A program made the position numbers and the translations under genes. A DNA stretch of 64,000 nt from positions 58,840,001 through 58,904,000 of the forward strand of contig NC_087437.1 in assembly GCF_036321535.1 (NCBI RefSeq). The letters are read 5' to 3'. The DNA is from Camelus dromedarius. Lineage: Eukaryota. Of this stretch, positions 35,069 to 47,637 are shown one piece after another (position 1 is the stretch's first letter; every line of letters begins with the position of its first letter). The notes beneath the pieces are model-generated. The model made no database searches. It was not told where the DNA came from and saw only the letters and a program-made list of their open reading frames with translations.

Positions 35069-37468
35069 CCATCATAATACTGACAAAAATATTACCAGAA
35101 AGTAAAAACTACAGATCAATATCCTTCATAAATACAGATGCAAAAATGCTTGACAGATCTTAGCAAATCAAATCCCACATTATATAAAAAAAGGATGACA
35201 CATCATGACTAAGTAAGATTTATCTCAGGAATGCATGGTTGATTTAACACCCAAAAAGCAATCAATTTGATTCACCACATCAAGAGAATCATAGAAAAAT
35301 ACCGTATGATCATCTCAAAAATGAAAAGGCATTTGACAAAGTTCAATAGTCACTTACGATTTTAAAAGTCTCTCAGCACACTAGAAATAAAACGTCTCAT
35401 AAAGGACAGCTGTGAGAAAACCATAGTTAACATCACACTTAATGGTAGATTATGGAACACCTTCTCTCAAAGATCAGGAACAAGGCAAGGATGTCATTAG
35501 TCACCACTTCCCTTCAGCACTCTACTGGAGATCCTGGCCAGTGCAATAAGGTGGGATAAAAAGAAGAAAGATTGGAAAGAATGAAATTAAACTATTTTTA
35601 TTTGTAGATGACATGAATAACACATATCAGAAATCCTAAAGGACCTGTAAAGCCACTCATAGAACTAACTAGGGAATTTAGCAACATAGCAAGCTATGAG
35701 GTCAAATAGACAAATATCAATTCCATTTTTGCATACTAACAACAATTAGAAGATAAAATTTTCACAATACCATTTATAGTAGCATTGAAATTCATGAACT
35801 AAGGAATAAAGATGTGCAAGACCTCCATATTAAAAGTTATATAATATTATTGAATAAGAAAACAAATAAATAGAAAGATACACCACATTCATTAATTGAA
35901 AGGCTTAATATTAAGCCTTTTCTCCTGCTCCTCAATTTGATCTATAGATTCAACATAATCCCAGTCAAAATCTCAACAAACTTTTTTGTATAAATTGACA
36001 AGTTGATTCTAAAATGTATATAAAAATGCAAAGGACTAGTGTAACCAAAATCATCTTTAAAAAGAAGAGAAAGATTAGAAAACCCACAATATCTGATTTC
36101 TAGATGTGTTAAAAATCTACAACAATCAAGGCAATGTAGTATTGACATTAAAAAAGACAATAAACAGAGAGCTCAGAAATAGAGCCACACATATAGTCAA
36201 TTGATCTGTGATAAAAGCATCAGAGCAGCTGAATGGAAAAAGGAAAGTCTTCATCAAATAGTGCTGGAACTACTGGATAAATACTTGGGAAAAATGAGCC
36301 CCAACCCTTACCTCACACCATACACACAAAATTAATTTGAGATGAATTGTAGAATTAATCACAAAAGCTAAAATTGTAGAGCTGCTATAAGAAAGTGTAG
36401 AGAAATGTCTTTGCAGTCTTGGGTTAGGCAAAGATTTCTTAGATGGGACAGAGAAAGCACTAGTCACAAAAGAAAAATATTGAAAAATTGGATTCCATCA
36501 AAATAAAATTTTACTCATCAAAAGATGCTATTCAAAAAATGAAAATGGAAGTCAGAGACAAAGAAAACATTTTCTATACCTGTATGTTAGAAGAGATTAT
36601 ATCCAGAATGTATAAAGAATATCTACAAATTAATAATAAGAAAAGCCAATAAATAATGGGCAAAATCTTAAACAGAAACTTCATGAAAGAAGATATGCAG
36701 ATGATAATAATCACATGAAAAGGTGTTTGATATCACTTGCTAGTTGTTAGAGAAATGCAAATTGAAACCATAATGAGATTGCCACTTCATATCCATTGGA
36801 ATAGGTAATGTTAAAAACATTGACAATACGGAGTGTTCGTAAGGAAATGGGGCTATTGAAACTTTCATACATTGCTTTTGGAAGCATAAGATGGTACAAC
36901 CACTTTAGAAAACTAGCAGTTTCTTAGTTTCTTATAAAGTTAAAAATACACCTAACCTATGATTCAGCAATTTCACTCCTAGGTATTTGCCCAAGAGAAA
37001 TAAAAACATATGCCTACAAATGATCTTACACAAGAATGTTTATTTCATAACAAAAACTGGAAACAACCCAAATGTCCATTAACACAAGAATAGATACATT
37101 GTGGTGTTGTCACACAATGGAATACTACTTACAAATAAAAGAAAATGAACTGATACACTAAATCAACATCACAGATGAATCTCAAAAATACTATTTTGAG
37201 TGAAAGATGTCACACAAAAAGAATTGCTACCATATAATTAATTCATATGGAATTCAAGAACAGGCAAAACTAATCAATAGTAATAAAAATTAAAATAGTG
37301 ATTGCCTGAGTGGGGGTGGGTTATTGACCACATCAGGGCAGGAAACTCCTGTGATGATGGAAATTGCTGTATATCTTGGTTGTTGTGTGGATTACCAAGA
37401 CGTGATTCACCCAGTTGGACACTTAAGATCTGTGCTTCTCGCTGCATGTACATCTTACCTCAGTAAAG
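35069..37468 (+). mobile_element. Old L1M: decayed ORF2 from the RT domain to the 3' end
   Basis: AACTACAGATCAATATCCTTCATAAATACAGATGCAAAA (NYRPISLMNIDAK-like), GGAACAAGGCAAGGATG (GTRQGC-like), TTTGTAGATGACATG (FADDM-like), AACAACCCAAATGTCCA, 3' end CACTTAAGATCTGTGC...TACCTCAGTAAA; many stops and deletions. Confidence 0.92.
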
Positions 37469-38224
37469 TGGGAAGGGGAAGTGAAAGAGAACCAGACACT
37501 GGAGAAAAACAAAACAAAATTAAATTATCCTTTACTTGAACGCGAGCAAACACACAGAGACAATGTAAATATGTGTATGCACTAGGTTCATTGGGAACTG
37601 GGACGGTGTTGCACAGAGAGCCGTATACTTTAGATCCATTTCAGTGGGTATCTTCAAATCTCATTATGAGAAAGGTCTTTCCTGTCTTCATTTTCTTCTC
37701 TTTTGGGCTTCATTACAAAAATGCCCACCCATGTTTGAAAAGAGAGGGAACAGAAACACCAATTCCAAATTTCACACTTATCAGAATCCAAGACAAATTG
37801 TTTGTTGTGGACATTTTCAGATTTCATTTCCTGCCACGATTCTCTTCGGGAGCAGAAACTAGAAAGGAAATGACTCTCAGCTCCTCCTTGGCCTCCCACA
37901 TCGGGCCACTTGACTTGAATCTAGTGTTTGATTTGATAGCAGAAAAAAAATTTTTTTATAATAAAAAATAGTTGTTATTTTTATTCTAAGATAGCTCTTA
38001 AATTGACTTGAGATCACCTTCCCATCATGACCAACCAAGTGATAGTCTCCACAATTGCATCTCTCGCCCTTAAGAAAGTGTACGTGTCACATTAAAATGT
38101 AACCACTTGGAAATGAATTTTCCCTTTTCACATCTCTGCCCTTGGTTTCCATGGAAGAGGGCTAATTACCTTTTTAATAGCCCTAATTGATGGGCTTACA
38201 GATCACATCCTTCAGCCCGCACTT

Positions 38225-38268
38225 TGTGTGTGTGTGTGTGTGTGTGTGCGTGTGTATGTGTGTGTGTG
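38225..38268. repeat. Imperfect (TG)n microsatellite
   Basis: Direct reading of the sequence. Confidence 0.95.
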
Positions 38269-39224
38269 ATGGCGGTGGGGGTGGGGGTGGGGCGGCACTC
38301 CTCCCTTGACCCCTCAGCTCCGGCTCTTCCCTATTGGAAGGAGGGTTGCTGGCTCCTGAAAGGACCCTGCCTTGTGTTTCTCTGTTTGCAGGACTACCTG
38401 CAGCCCATTGTGGGCTGACCAGGAAGCCTCGCTTTGTCTTGGCCCAATTGACACAGCTGCACACTCGGTAAATAGACTCAGATGTTGAGCTTTTGTTTGA
38501 AGGATCTTTTCAGATTAATGCAGAGAGAATTAGTTTTTAAAACTTAAGCCGGAGCCAGGATGGGTAGAATGGAGCTGTGAGCCATTGAATTCACGTCCGC
38601 AAAATGAGACCAACTCTCTTACAAGGGTGTTTATCCCCTGTTCCTTTGGGAGGTAACATTGAGGGGAGAGGCGCCCACTCAGACCATTGTGAGGAGAAGA
38701 TCTGATCAGCGATTACATTGGCTCCAGCTTCATTCTCCAAGGGGAGAGAGCCCTGCCCATGTTAAGTAAAGGCAATTACTGCAAAATATTTATCTAAAAT
38801 TGATTTGGGTTTTCTTATTTCCAGATCACAAGAGGTTCTAAAAAATAGTATAAGAAGATCCACGGTCTATGGCAAAGACAGTTTTAATAGACTGATAGAC
38901 AAGACAATAGGTCCAGCATCTCAGATCCTTCAGTCTTCACCTTTCACACCACCCAGTCTAGCCTTTCCCCATGGGCTCATTCTGAACCATTCCCTGTTGG
39001 GACACAAGGATCAAACATGATTCCCCAGCTGATGGCTGGTCTCTTGAGGTGGGGACCGTTCCTTGGATAATACCATTCCACTTGGCACAGCTTGGAATTT
39101 TAGTCCCAATTTTACGATTAGAGACTACGGTATTTCTGGCCTCTCTGAGACTTAGACTCGCTTTCCTCAAACTACAGAGTGGGGGAGATTGCTCCTTTTT
39201 GTTACCAGTTCAATGCACTCAGAG

Positions 39225-39470
39225 AGGCAGACTGATGTTGTGGGAAGAAATGTGGCTTTGACCCATAGAGATCTGAATTCAAATCCTGCCTTGGCCACTT
39301 CCTAGCTGTGAGATCCCAGGCAAGTCACTGCTCTGAGCACAGATGTCCTGGCCACAACAATGACGATACGGTCCCTTGTATCATGGTGTGATCAGGGATG
39401 GAAAGAGTTTTCTCATACATATGTGAAAATCAGAAGCACATTTCCTAGAGTATTGTAGATTCCCCAACAT
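39225..39470 (+). mobile_element. MIR SINE
   Basis: GAATTCAAATCCTGCCTTGGCCACTTCCTAGCTGTGAGATCCCAGGCAAGTCAC. Confidence 0.75.
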
Positions 39471-40529
39471 GTTATCTCTTCCTCTCCAAGTCTCTGCTTT
39501 CCAAAGATTTTTTTAAAAGCAATTTAAAAAGATACCAAACGGGCAAAGCACCCAGTGAATTACCAAGTATGCGTATGTGAAGCAATGTCCCTTCATTATG
39601 CTAAACATCTAATAAATTACTATGGACTGGCTATTGCTGGGCACCCCAACTCTAGCCTTGTCAAACCTTCTCCAGCTCCAGGGTCTGTGTGACAGTCACC
39701 CCACCCGTAACACCGCCTCCCCTCTCCCCACATACACACTCACTAAGCTGAAAAAAAAAAAAACAAAACTGCAGACAAAGCAGAAGAGATGAATCGGAAA
39801 GCTGCAGGGAACCATCCCAGAGGAAAAGAGTCATCACATCCCCAAAAGATGACAATTTCATAAACGCAATTTCATAGACAGAGTGGTATGTAATATATTT
39901 CCCAAAGGAGACTGCCTCCTTCTTCCTCCAGGCTATGGGATTTAAAGAAAATGCTTTGCCTTCTTTGCTTTATGGAGACATTAATCAATCTGGATTCCTA
40001 GCACGTGTTCTCTACAAAGCACTTTGTGCTGAAAAGTCAGGACACCAGGCCAACCTTTCCACCGGCTCACCTTGGGCCTGTGGTCCGCACCCCCCCACCC
40101 CAAAATACAATGAGAGGTTTGGACCATATGACCTTAAGCACCATTCCTGAGCCAAGCATCCAGGACTCTGATTCCCCTGCAGCTTCCTGAAAGGAAGGAT
40201 GTGAGGGCAGAAACGTGGGTTTTGAACCAGCTCCAACAATCAGAAAAAGTGCTGACAGGATGGGCCTGCATTGTGGAACCTACATCGACTCCTAAGTTAG
40301 GTCAGAAGTCAAGTTTTAACCAATAGGCCCCTGAAACTCTAAGAAATTAGCACTGGAAAATAAGTCTGGGCTTTGGGAAATCATAAGAGAAATTCACTGA
40401 GTTTTAAATTCTAAAATATCCCCCCAAATTGTACCCTGATGTCACTTTCTTTTGTGACTTAGAAAGGAAAAAAGAGAAGCTTCTCACTCTGATAGGGAAC
40501 TGTGCAGTGAGAAGAACACAGGAGGGGGA

Positions 40530-40635
40530 ACCAGAAGAAAGCCTTGACATCTTACAGAGCCTTGAGCTGGTCTCCAAACCTCTCTGAGCCTCAGTTCCCT
40601 TCTCTGTAAAACGGGGCTGGAATTCCTTCTCAAGG
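40530..40635 (+). mobile_element. MIR core fragment
   Basis: AACCTCTCTGAGCCTCAGTTCCCTTCTCTGTAAAACGGGG. Confidence 0.7.
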
Positions 40636-41556
40636 ACTCTTCCTCCCTCGAAAGGAAGGACAAGACCAAAAAGCAGAGAATGACTTGGTGATGCCACATC
40701 TCCTGCCTGCCCCAACCCCTTGCTAAAGAGCAAAGGACCAGGTCTACGTTCCCTGAACTGGCCGTATCCACCCAGAGGGATATTGAGCAATTAACCTTGG
40801 AAATGTCGGCACTGCCCTACATGCTCACACTGGAAGTCAGCACGGAGAACCTTGATGTTAAATGCTCAGAGAGGACGAAGGCAGCGTGGAGCAGAATTTG
40901 AGGACACTGAAAAAGACTGGGCTGAAGACAGGCACGTCTTAGAGAATTGAAAAGAATGAATAATTCTTAGCATGGCCCAGGGGCTGCAATGGGAGACTTG
41001 GTGACAGCATGTCATGTGCTTTGCTTAAATAGGACAATTAAGGAGCACGGGGCTGAGAGTCAGGAGGCCCAGGCGCCGCTTCTGCCTTTCCACCTGGGGC
41101 CTCTGGCTCTTCATCTGTAGGGGAAAGGGTGGGGGCAGACGATTTCTAAGGGCTCATCCATCTCCAACTTGCTGAATCTCCCGAGAAATCAGCTAAGTAC
41201 TTACTCTCTTCATCAAGGCTCTTGAGCCTAATTTCAGAAACAAAGAACTATAAAAATCAGAGTCTCAGAGGAGCTACCTTTTGTTTGGAGGCCTTCAAGC
41301 TGAGTTTCTAAATCTCCGTCGGTTGGCCATGTCCCACATCCCTGCCTGTCTCAGGCTGCCCAGAGGTAGGCAAAGGTGACTTCTGTTGGAGCCCATAGAT
41401 GAGCGACTAGATAAGGCTACATTTGTGTTTCCTCTGCCCATGGGAAGACACAGAAGGGCTGGAATTTGAGCTGAGTCTTCAGGGATGCTTGGGAGAGGCG
41501 CTAGTGGATGAGCAGTCTAGGCAAAGGCAACAGCGCCCACAGTTCCTAGTGCTGAA

Positions 41557-41910
41557 TGTCTCAGGCTGGGTAGCAAATCCCCTGCTGTAACAAATAGTCC
41601 ACAAAGTGCACAGCGGTTTACACTCCATAGACACTGTTCATACATGGGGTGGGTGGGACAGCTACTCTCCACCCATCATTTAAGATTTGAGCTGACTGAG
41701 GCTCTACCATTTTTAACATCTGGCTTCGAAAGTTGCCCCGAGGGTCATCTCCACTCCAGGCAGCCAGACAGGGCGAAGAGCACAGAGCTAGCCCTTGTGA
41801 CTTCCAAGTCCCCGCCGTGTCTGCTGCAAGGGGAGCTGGGAAATGTAGGTGAGCATCCAGGAAACACTCGGCAATGCGGATTCTGGGGAATGCCAGCTGC
41901 TTCTGCCAGC
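41557..41910 (-). mobile_element. Old MaLR LTR (MLT1I/J-like)
   Basis: CTGCTGTAACAAATAGTCCACAAAGTGCACAGCGGTTTA...CTGCAAGGGGAGCTGGGAAATGTAG...CTTCTGCCA. Confidence 0.65.
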
Positions 41911-43556
41911 CTGGTCCACCCCTCAGGGATGGACCAGAAGGAAAAGTAGCCAGAGGCCCAGGCAAGGCGAGGGGGAGAGGAAGGAAGTGCCTGGCACCTG
42001 GGAGCAGCACTCCGGGGGCGGTGAGACTCACGGTTGACTCAAGCCGGTTGCATTTTTGGTAAGCCAATTTCCCTCCGATGGAATGAAGAGGCCTGGAACC
42101 CCACGGTGAGGTGGCTCCCCCTGTTTATGGGAAGGAGAGAGAGGGAATGGGACAAGACTGGCTCTTCACAGGCAGCCATCGGGTCTCCCAGGGTAAGGTT
42201 TGGAAAATCCCTGGCTTCCCCTGGCACTGCCCTTGGCCCCTGATCCCTCCTCCTGCCCTGTTTCCAGTCCCTCTTTCTGGGCGGGCTCCAGTGGCCAGGC
42301 TGTTGCACAGCCTGGCACCTCGGCTCAGTGCCCAGCCTGTGGGCCATTTGGGGCTCGAGTTACTGGTGGGAGCTAATTCAGGAGCCTGGCCCAGCCCTGT
42401 GGCTTTGATGGGATTTCATCACCCCGCCTGCGCTCCTTGGCTGGCTGCCTGAGAGAGCTGCGGAGTGCTGCCCCAGGCTTTCTGCTTTCCCAAGGAGAGG
42501 CCCTCCTCTCTGAACATAGAACCTGGAGGTGAGGAGGTGAGGTCTGCCGGTCCCTAGTCCACCCAGCCTGAGACTCATCCTACACCCAAGCCATCTGCCT
42601 TCGCCCAGCTTTCCCAAGGGCCAGAGACAAGATAAAGGACCAGACAGCATTAACACTGAGCGACTTGTTAATGACTTTATTGCAGGTTAAATGAAATGTC
42701 TCAAATAAAACTGCAGGAGACCTTCTTTCACCTTACCAGGCTGCAAATATGTATTAACTCAATTACTATCAGCAATTAAGGCCTAGTTTGGGAACAGTGG
42801 CCTGAGACAAACAAGACATTATCATCCTGGGAAATGAACCCAGAATAAAAGGAATTTCTTCCACCTTAGCTAATGAGCAGCTGTATAGGGATGGAAATGA
42901 AGGCCTTTGCCTTGAATTGCTTTTGAACGTTCATACCAGGAGAGGAGAGAAGGTTCCCTTCACGGAAAGCTCTTGGAAGCACATTAGGGACGTTGTTACA
43001 ATGCAAATGAGGAAGACCGTTGCGTTTGGGTGGTTTAGGGGTCTAGTAAAAGGAGTAACATTTCAATTAGTGGGGGAAGGAATGAGAACCTGCCTCAAAG
43101 AGGCTTAATTGGCAACTTGGCTTTCCCAGGGGGCTTTGAAGTTGCATGGAAGATGGAAGGTTTTCAGAGATGAGTGGAGAATAGAGCAACCCTAGGACAC
43201 TGGCTGGAGTAAGAGAGCAGATAGGGATGCTCAGAAGGTAAACCCAGTCCCAGCCCCACCGGAGCACTAGCTCCGATCTTCAAGGCTCCTGGACCAGGTC
43301 CCCTGCCTTTCACCCAATCCCCCTGTCTCCCAAGAGCATCAGGACCCGTCCCTTTCTTAAACAGTCTCCGTGAAACCACCTCACTTTTAAGTACCGCAGC
43401 CCTAACCTCACCAGTGTGGAATTCCTTTTTTCTTCTCAAGAGTCCCTTTTGCTAGGACTCTAAGTCTAGCTCAGCCAACTGGGGAATTCAACTCCTAATT
43501 GCTGTGAGTTCCAGGGGAGGGCAGCAGGTTGCAATATTGCATTCAATGTGTATTTT

Positions 43557-43583
43557 CTGTGTGCATGTGTGCGTGTGCAAGCA

Positions 43584-43611
<28 letters not shown>
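43557..43611. repeat. (TG)n microsatellite with an imperfect 5' part
   Basis: Direct reading of the sequence. Confidence 0.93.
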
Positions 43612-43614
<3 letters not shown>

Positions 43615-44731
43615 AAGGATGAAAGGGTCTGAAGATTCAAGTATGACCTGACCTTAAGGCAAGAGGTTGAATCTCTGACTTTTCAAGGAAGACTTCTCAG
43701 ATTTCGTGGGTTGCCAGTGGGGGTCCAGACCTGCATTCTTCTAGGGTCTTCCTTCGCTATTGCATCCCCATGAGCGCCATGGTCAGCGTAGCTCATGCTC
43801 GGGAGCCACGCAAGTCTTCATACATCTTGACTGATTTGAGGCTTTATTTCTCAATATGCTAATTCACAGGAAAAGATGAATTCTTTTTTTTCAGTGTGGA
43901 AGAACCCTCCAAAGGAAATATTACAGATAACATGCCAAGATAATTGTCTAAAATGAAATTTGGAAGAAAATTCAACTAACCCTGTGTTTTTGTTGAAAGA
44001 TAGCAATCTGACCGGGGGTTTGGAGAGACATCCAAACCCAGCCTCCTAAGTGGTGAGCTGGTTTTTCTGAGCTTGGGGGAAAAAAAAACAAAAAATGGAA
44101 TGAAGAACTTGTAAGGAACCCCCTGACTCCCTTGGTTCTCTGGATGTTGACTTTGGGGAGGGCGAGCTCGGCTCCATGTCATGTAAGCATCCGTGGATGT
44201 GGACTGGACTTTGCCTGAGGTCTGACCAATGAACCCTGGGGTGGAGGGTACAATCACCCTCCATCTGAAACAATCAGCTCCAAACACACAGGCCCTGCGC
44301 CAGCTTGTCTCCCTCTGTCCTCCCTTCTCCCGTGGGTGGCTTCTCCTGGAACGCTGGCTCATATCTCTGGAGCCTGTGGTTTGGGGATCACCATTAGCCA
44401 ACTACAACAGGGCCTGGAGAGTTTACTTCAGCTCTAAAGTGGAAACCGGACCCACCCTCTGAGTAATGCTCACCCCACAGGTCTCAGCGGTGGCCTGGTA
44501 CTTGACAAGGGACCCTCTTCCCACCACCCTCACCTTGCGTCCCTGTGCAGAGCGACCACTCCCCTCTCCAACTTCTTCCCTTGCTGCCTCCCCAGAACAG
44601 GAGCTGAAGGAAAATACAGCATCTGTCTGTGCCCCGCACGGTCCTACATCCTAGGGAAGCTGGAGCCACCCAGCAATGCTGGGGCATGTCCAATCCTCAC
44701 ATCATGGTAAGGAGCAGAAACCAGGGACTTG

Positions 44732-44831
44732 ACGGGTACAGGGTACAGCTCAGTGGCAGAGCACGTGCTTGGCGTGCACGAAGTCCTGGGTTCAATCCCC
44801 AGTGCCTCCGTCAAGGAGGGGAAAAAAAACC
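44732..44831 (+). mobile_element. tRNA-Ala-derived SINE, short form
   Basis: tRNA-like head 44739-44810, short A tail, perfect 11-bp TSD CCAGGGACTTG at 44721-44731 and 44832-44842. Confidence 0.9.
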
Positions 44832-44949
44832 CCAGGGACTTGGCACAGAAACGTCAAGTCCTGATAACTGCCATGAGTGGGCAGGAAATCCTGTCCTGTA
44901 GGACCAGTAACCCAGTCCCTCAGCAGCGCCAGGCCCCAGTCCCTAGAAG

Positions 44950-45150
44950 GTATTATTGACTATATACTGGGACAGTGCACAATCCCTGTGCTGGAAATGA
45001 CCATCATAGGATCCTAACCAATCCATGCATGAGAAGCTCAGCCCAAGAGAGGCAAAGAGACCTACCCAGTCCCCTGCAGGGAGGGCAGGGGACAGCCCAG
45101 ATCCAAGCCCGGGTGCTGGGACTGAGCCAGTGCCTCCCTTCTCATAGTGC
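44950..45150 (-). mobile_element. MIR fragment
   Basis: TATTGACTATATACTGGGACAGTGC...GAGAAGCTCAGCCCAAGAGAGGCAAAGAGACCTACCCAG. Confidence 0.5.
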
Positions 45151-45679
45151 TAAGTCTCAGTTTCCACTTTCCAGTGAGTTTCTACCTTGTTGGGCATGAA
45201 AATGAGCTTGTAAAGCCCTGCAAAGGAAAAGAGAGAGATAAGTAGGCTGAGAGACCAAAGGAAACCAGCAAACACCTGTCACAGGTCTTTCTGTTATGGA
45301 GAATCAAGACATCATTAGGTACTCCCACCCAACTGAAGGAGCATTTTGCATACTTTCTCTTTATTTCTCCATAGTTGCCAGTTGGGAGTCTCTCCAAGAG
45401 ACAACGTGGGGAGACTTCTCCCTACCAGGTTTAGATAGATCAGTGTGCCAAAGTTAAAAAAAAAAAATCCAAAAAGTCCAATAATCAACAGTTCAAATAC
45501 TGTTGAATTTTCAAACTTCTCCCACCAAGACAGGTCAAATATTTTAAAAATTGATTGTTTATTACAATCAAAACTGCTTCAGTGGGGCTTTGGTTAATGT
45601 TCGGGATAAAATTCTCTTACTAGGCCATTATTTCCAAAATGCATTTCTCAGTGTCCAAAATGCTTCCACCACCAACGTC

Positions 45680-45815
45680 ACACAACCTGTAAGGGCAAAA
45701 CGACAGGCTCTGTTATCCCCTTTACATGATCTATAAAGAGGAGGTGGGTCTTCCAGAGGTGAAGTCACTTGCCCAGAGCCACACTCCTCACGAGTGGCTC
45801 ACACAAGTCTTCCAG
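45680..45815 (-). mobile_element. MIR fragment
   Basis: TGTTATCCCCTTTACATGAT...CAGAGGTGAAGTCACTTGCCCAGAGCCACAC. Confidence 0.7.
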
Positions 45816-47109
45816 CACTCGGCAGCAGGAAACACTCTGGCTGGGGCAATACGTCAGACAATATCTCGTTATTTACTCGTCCCCTTTGGAAGACAATGAA
45901 ATCAACATTCCTTTGAAGCCCAAGAGTTTGGCTAGACGATCACCTGTACTGGTCACCACCTCCCGACTCTCCTCCAGCTGGAATGCAAGTGTCCAGAACG
46001 ATCCTGAGTCCGCAGCTCCAAGCTTATGCTCCCCACCCGAGTCCAGGGCACCAGCAGTGTCACTCTCACAGCCACGGTTCTGGAATGACTGAGCAGACCT
46101 TTCAGTCTCCTAGTTTAAAGGAACAGGGCATGAGAAAACATGTTAGTCAATGTGGAGGGGGGTGGTGGGGGGCAGTTACAGAGAGGAAATAAAATCTCTT
46201 CCCCATTTTGCTGCTTGGGCGCTTCTTCAAGAAGAGATGAGGAAAGAAGCGAGGAGCCAACGGTGGAAAAGATGAGCTAATACAGTGTGTTCACTCCCCA
46301 GACGAGAGTCTCGCCAGTAAAGCAGATAACAGAAAATATTTCGGAGAAGAGACAAGTGGCAAGTAAACCCCTAAAAGGATATGGAAGAATTACTTTCTCA
46401 CAAATGTCTCCAAAACCAAAAATGCGGAAGACCTGAAATGCATGCTGCTTAGAGCTGACACAGGAGCACTGAACTCGCACCCAACATCTCCTGCTACCAA
46501 AAAAAGAAATAAGCAAGAAATGAGTTCCTCTTGAACAATGCTACCTTTGTGTCTACCAAGCTCAAATGGGCTTTTCTGTAAAAGAGCATATGAAAGTCTT
46601 CAATTGGAAAGTATTATGTGCTTGTGTCTGCGTCCACATGATGTATCAAAGCTTGTATCTTAGTTCAAACTCTTACCCATTTCTTATCTGGAAAATGGCA
46701 ATGGCCTCAAAACTGGCTTCCCTGCCCCTGGTCTTGAGCCAGCCTTCACACTAACGTCTACAACGCATATCGGACCACTTCCTCCTTTGACAGGAACCTG
46801 CCCAGGACTCTCCATCACCCACAAGTTCAAGCCCACCTCCCAGACAAAGTCCCTGCCTCCCTCTCCAACCTCAGTGCTCATTGGCTCCTGCCTCACAGTT
46901 TATGCTCCTGCAAGCCGGGGCTCCTCAGAGTGTCCTGCCCACACCACATGGTTTCTCTCCTCCACAGCTTCGCTCACTTGGAACCTCTGTCAGGAACCCA
47001 ACCTGCCCCTCCAGGAAGCCTTCCCTCACACAGAACACATCCTACCTTCTTCTCGTTCTCCCACAATGCCCTGGGCACATCTGCACCCAGCACTTAGAAT
47101 GATGGTGTG

Positions 47110-47572
47110 TTTTTTTCGATTGAAGTATAGTCGGTTTACAATGTTTGCTTTTGGTGTACAGCATAGTGATTCAGTCATCCACATGTATCTAAATTCCGTT
47201 TCATACTCTTTTTCATTATAGGCTATTACAAAGTATTGAATATAGTTCCCTGTGCTATACAGGAGGACCTTGCTGTTCATCTAATTTATATACATTAGTT
47301 AGTAACTGCAAATCCTGAACTCCCAATTTATCCCTCAATGCGCCCTCCCTTTCCTCCCTGGTAACCATAGTTTGTTTTCTACATCTGTGAGTCTGTTTCT
47401 GTTTTATAAATAAGTTCGTTTGTGTCATTTTTTTAGATTCCACATATAAGTGATACTATATGGTATTTCTCTTTCTCTGTCTGATTTACTTCACTTGGTA
47501 TGACAATCTCCAGGTCCATCCATGTTGCTGCAAATGGCATTATTTTATTCTTTTTATGGCTCAGTAGTATTC

Positions 47573-47612
<40 letters not shown>

Positions 47613-47637
47613 ATGCGCACGCGCCACACCTTCTTTA
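47110..47637 (-). mobile_element. 5'-truncated L1 (ORF2 C-terminus plus 3'UTR) with an internal (TG)n expansion
   Basis: Minus-strand translation KKNKIMPFAATWMDLEIVIPSEVNQTEKEKYHIVSLICGI; AGAATGAT on both sides (47096-47103, 47638-47645). Confidence 0.92.
47578..47611. repeat. (TG)n microsatellite
   Basis: Direct reading of the sequence. Confidence 0.95.
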
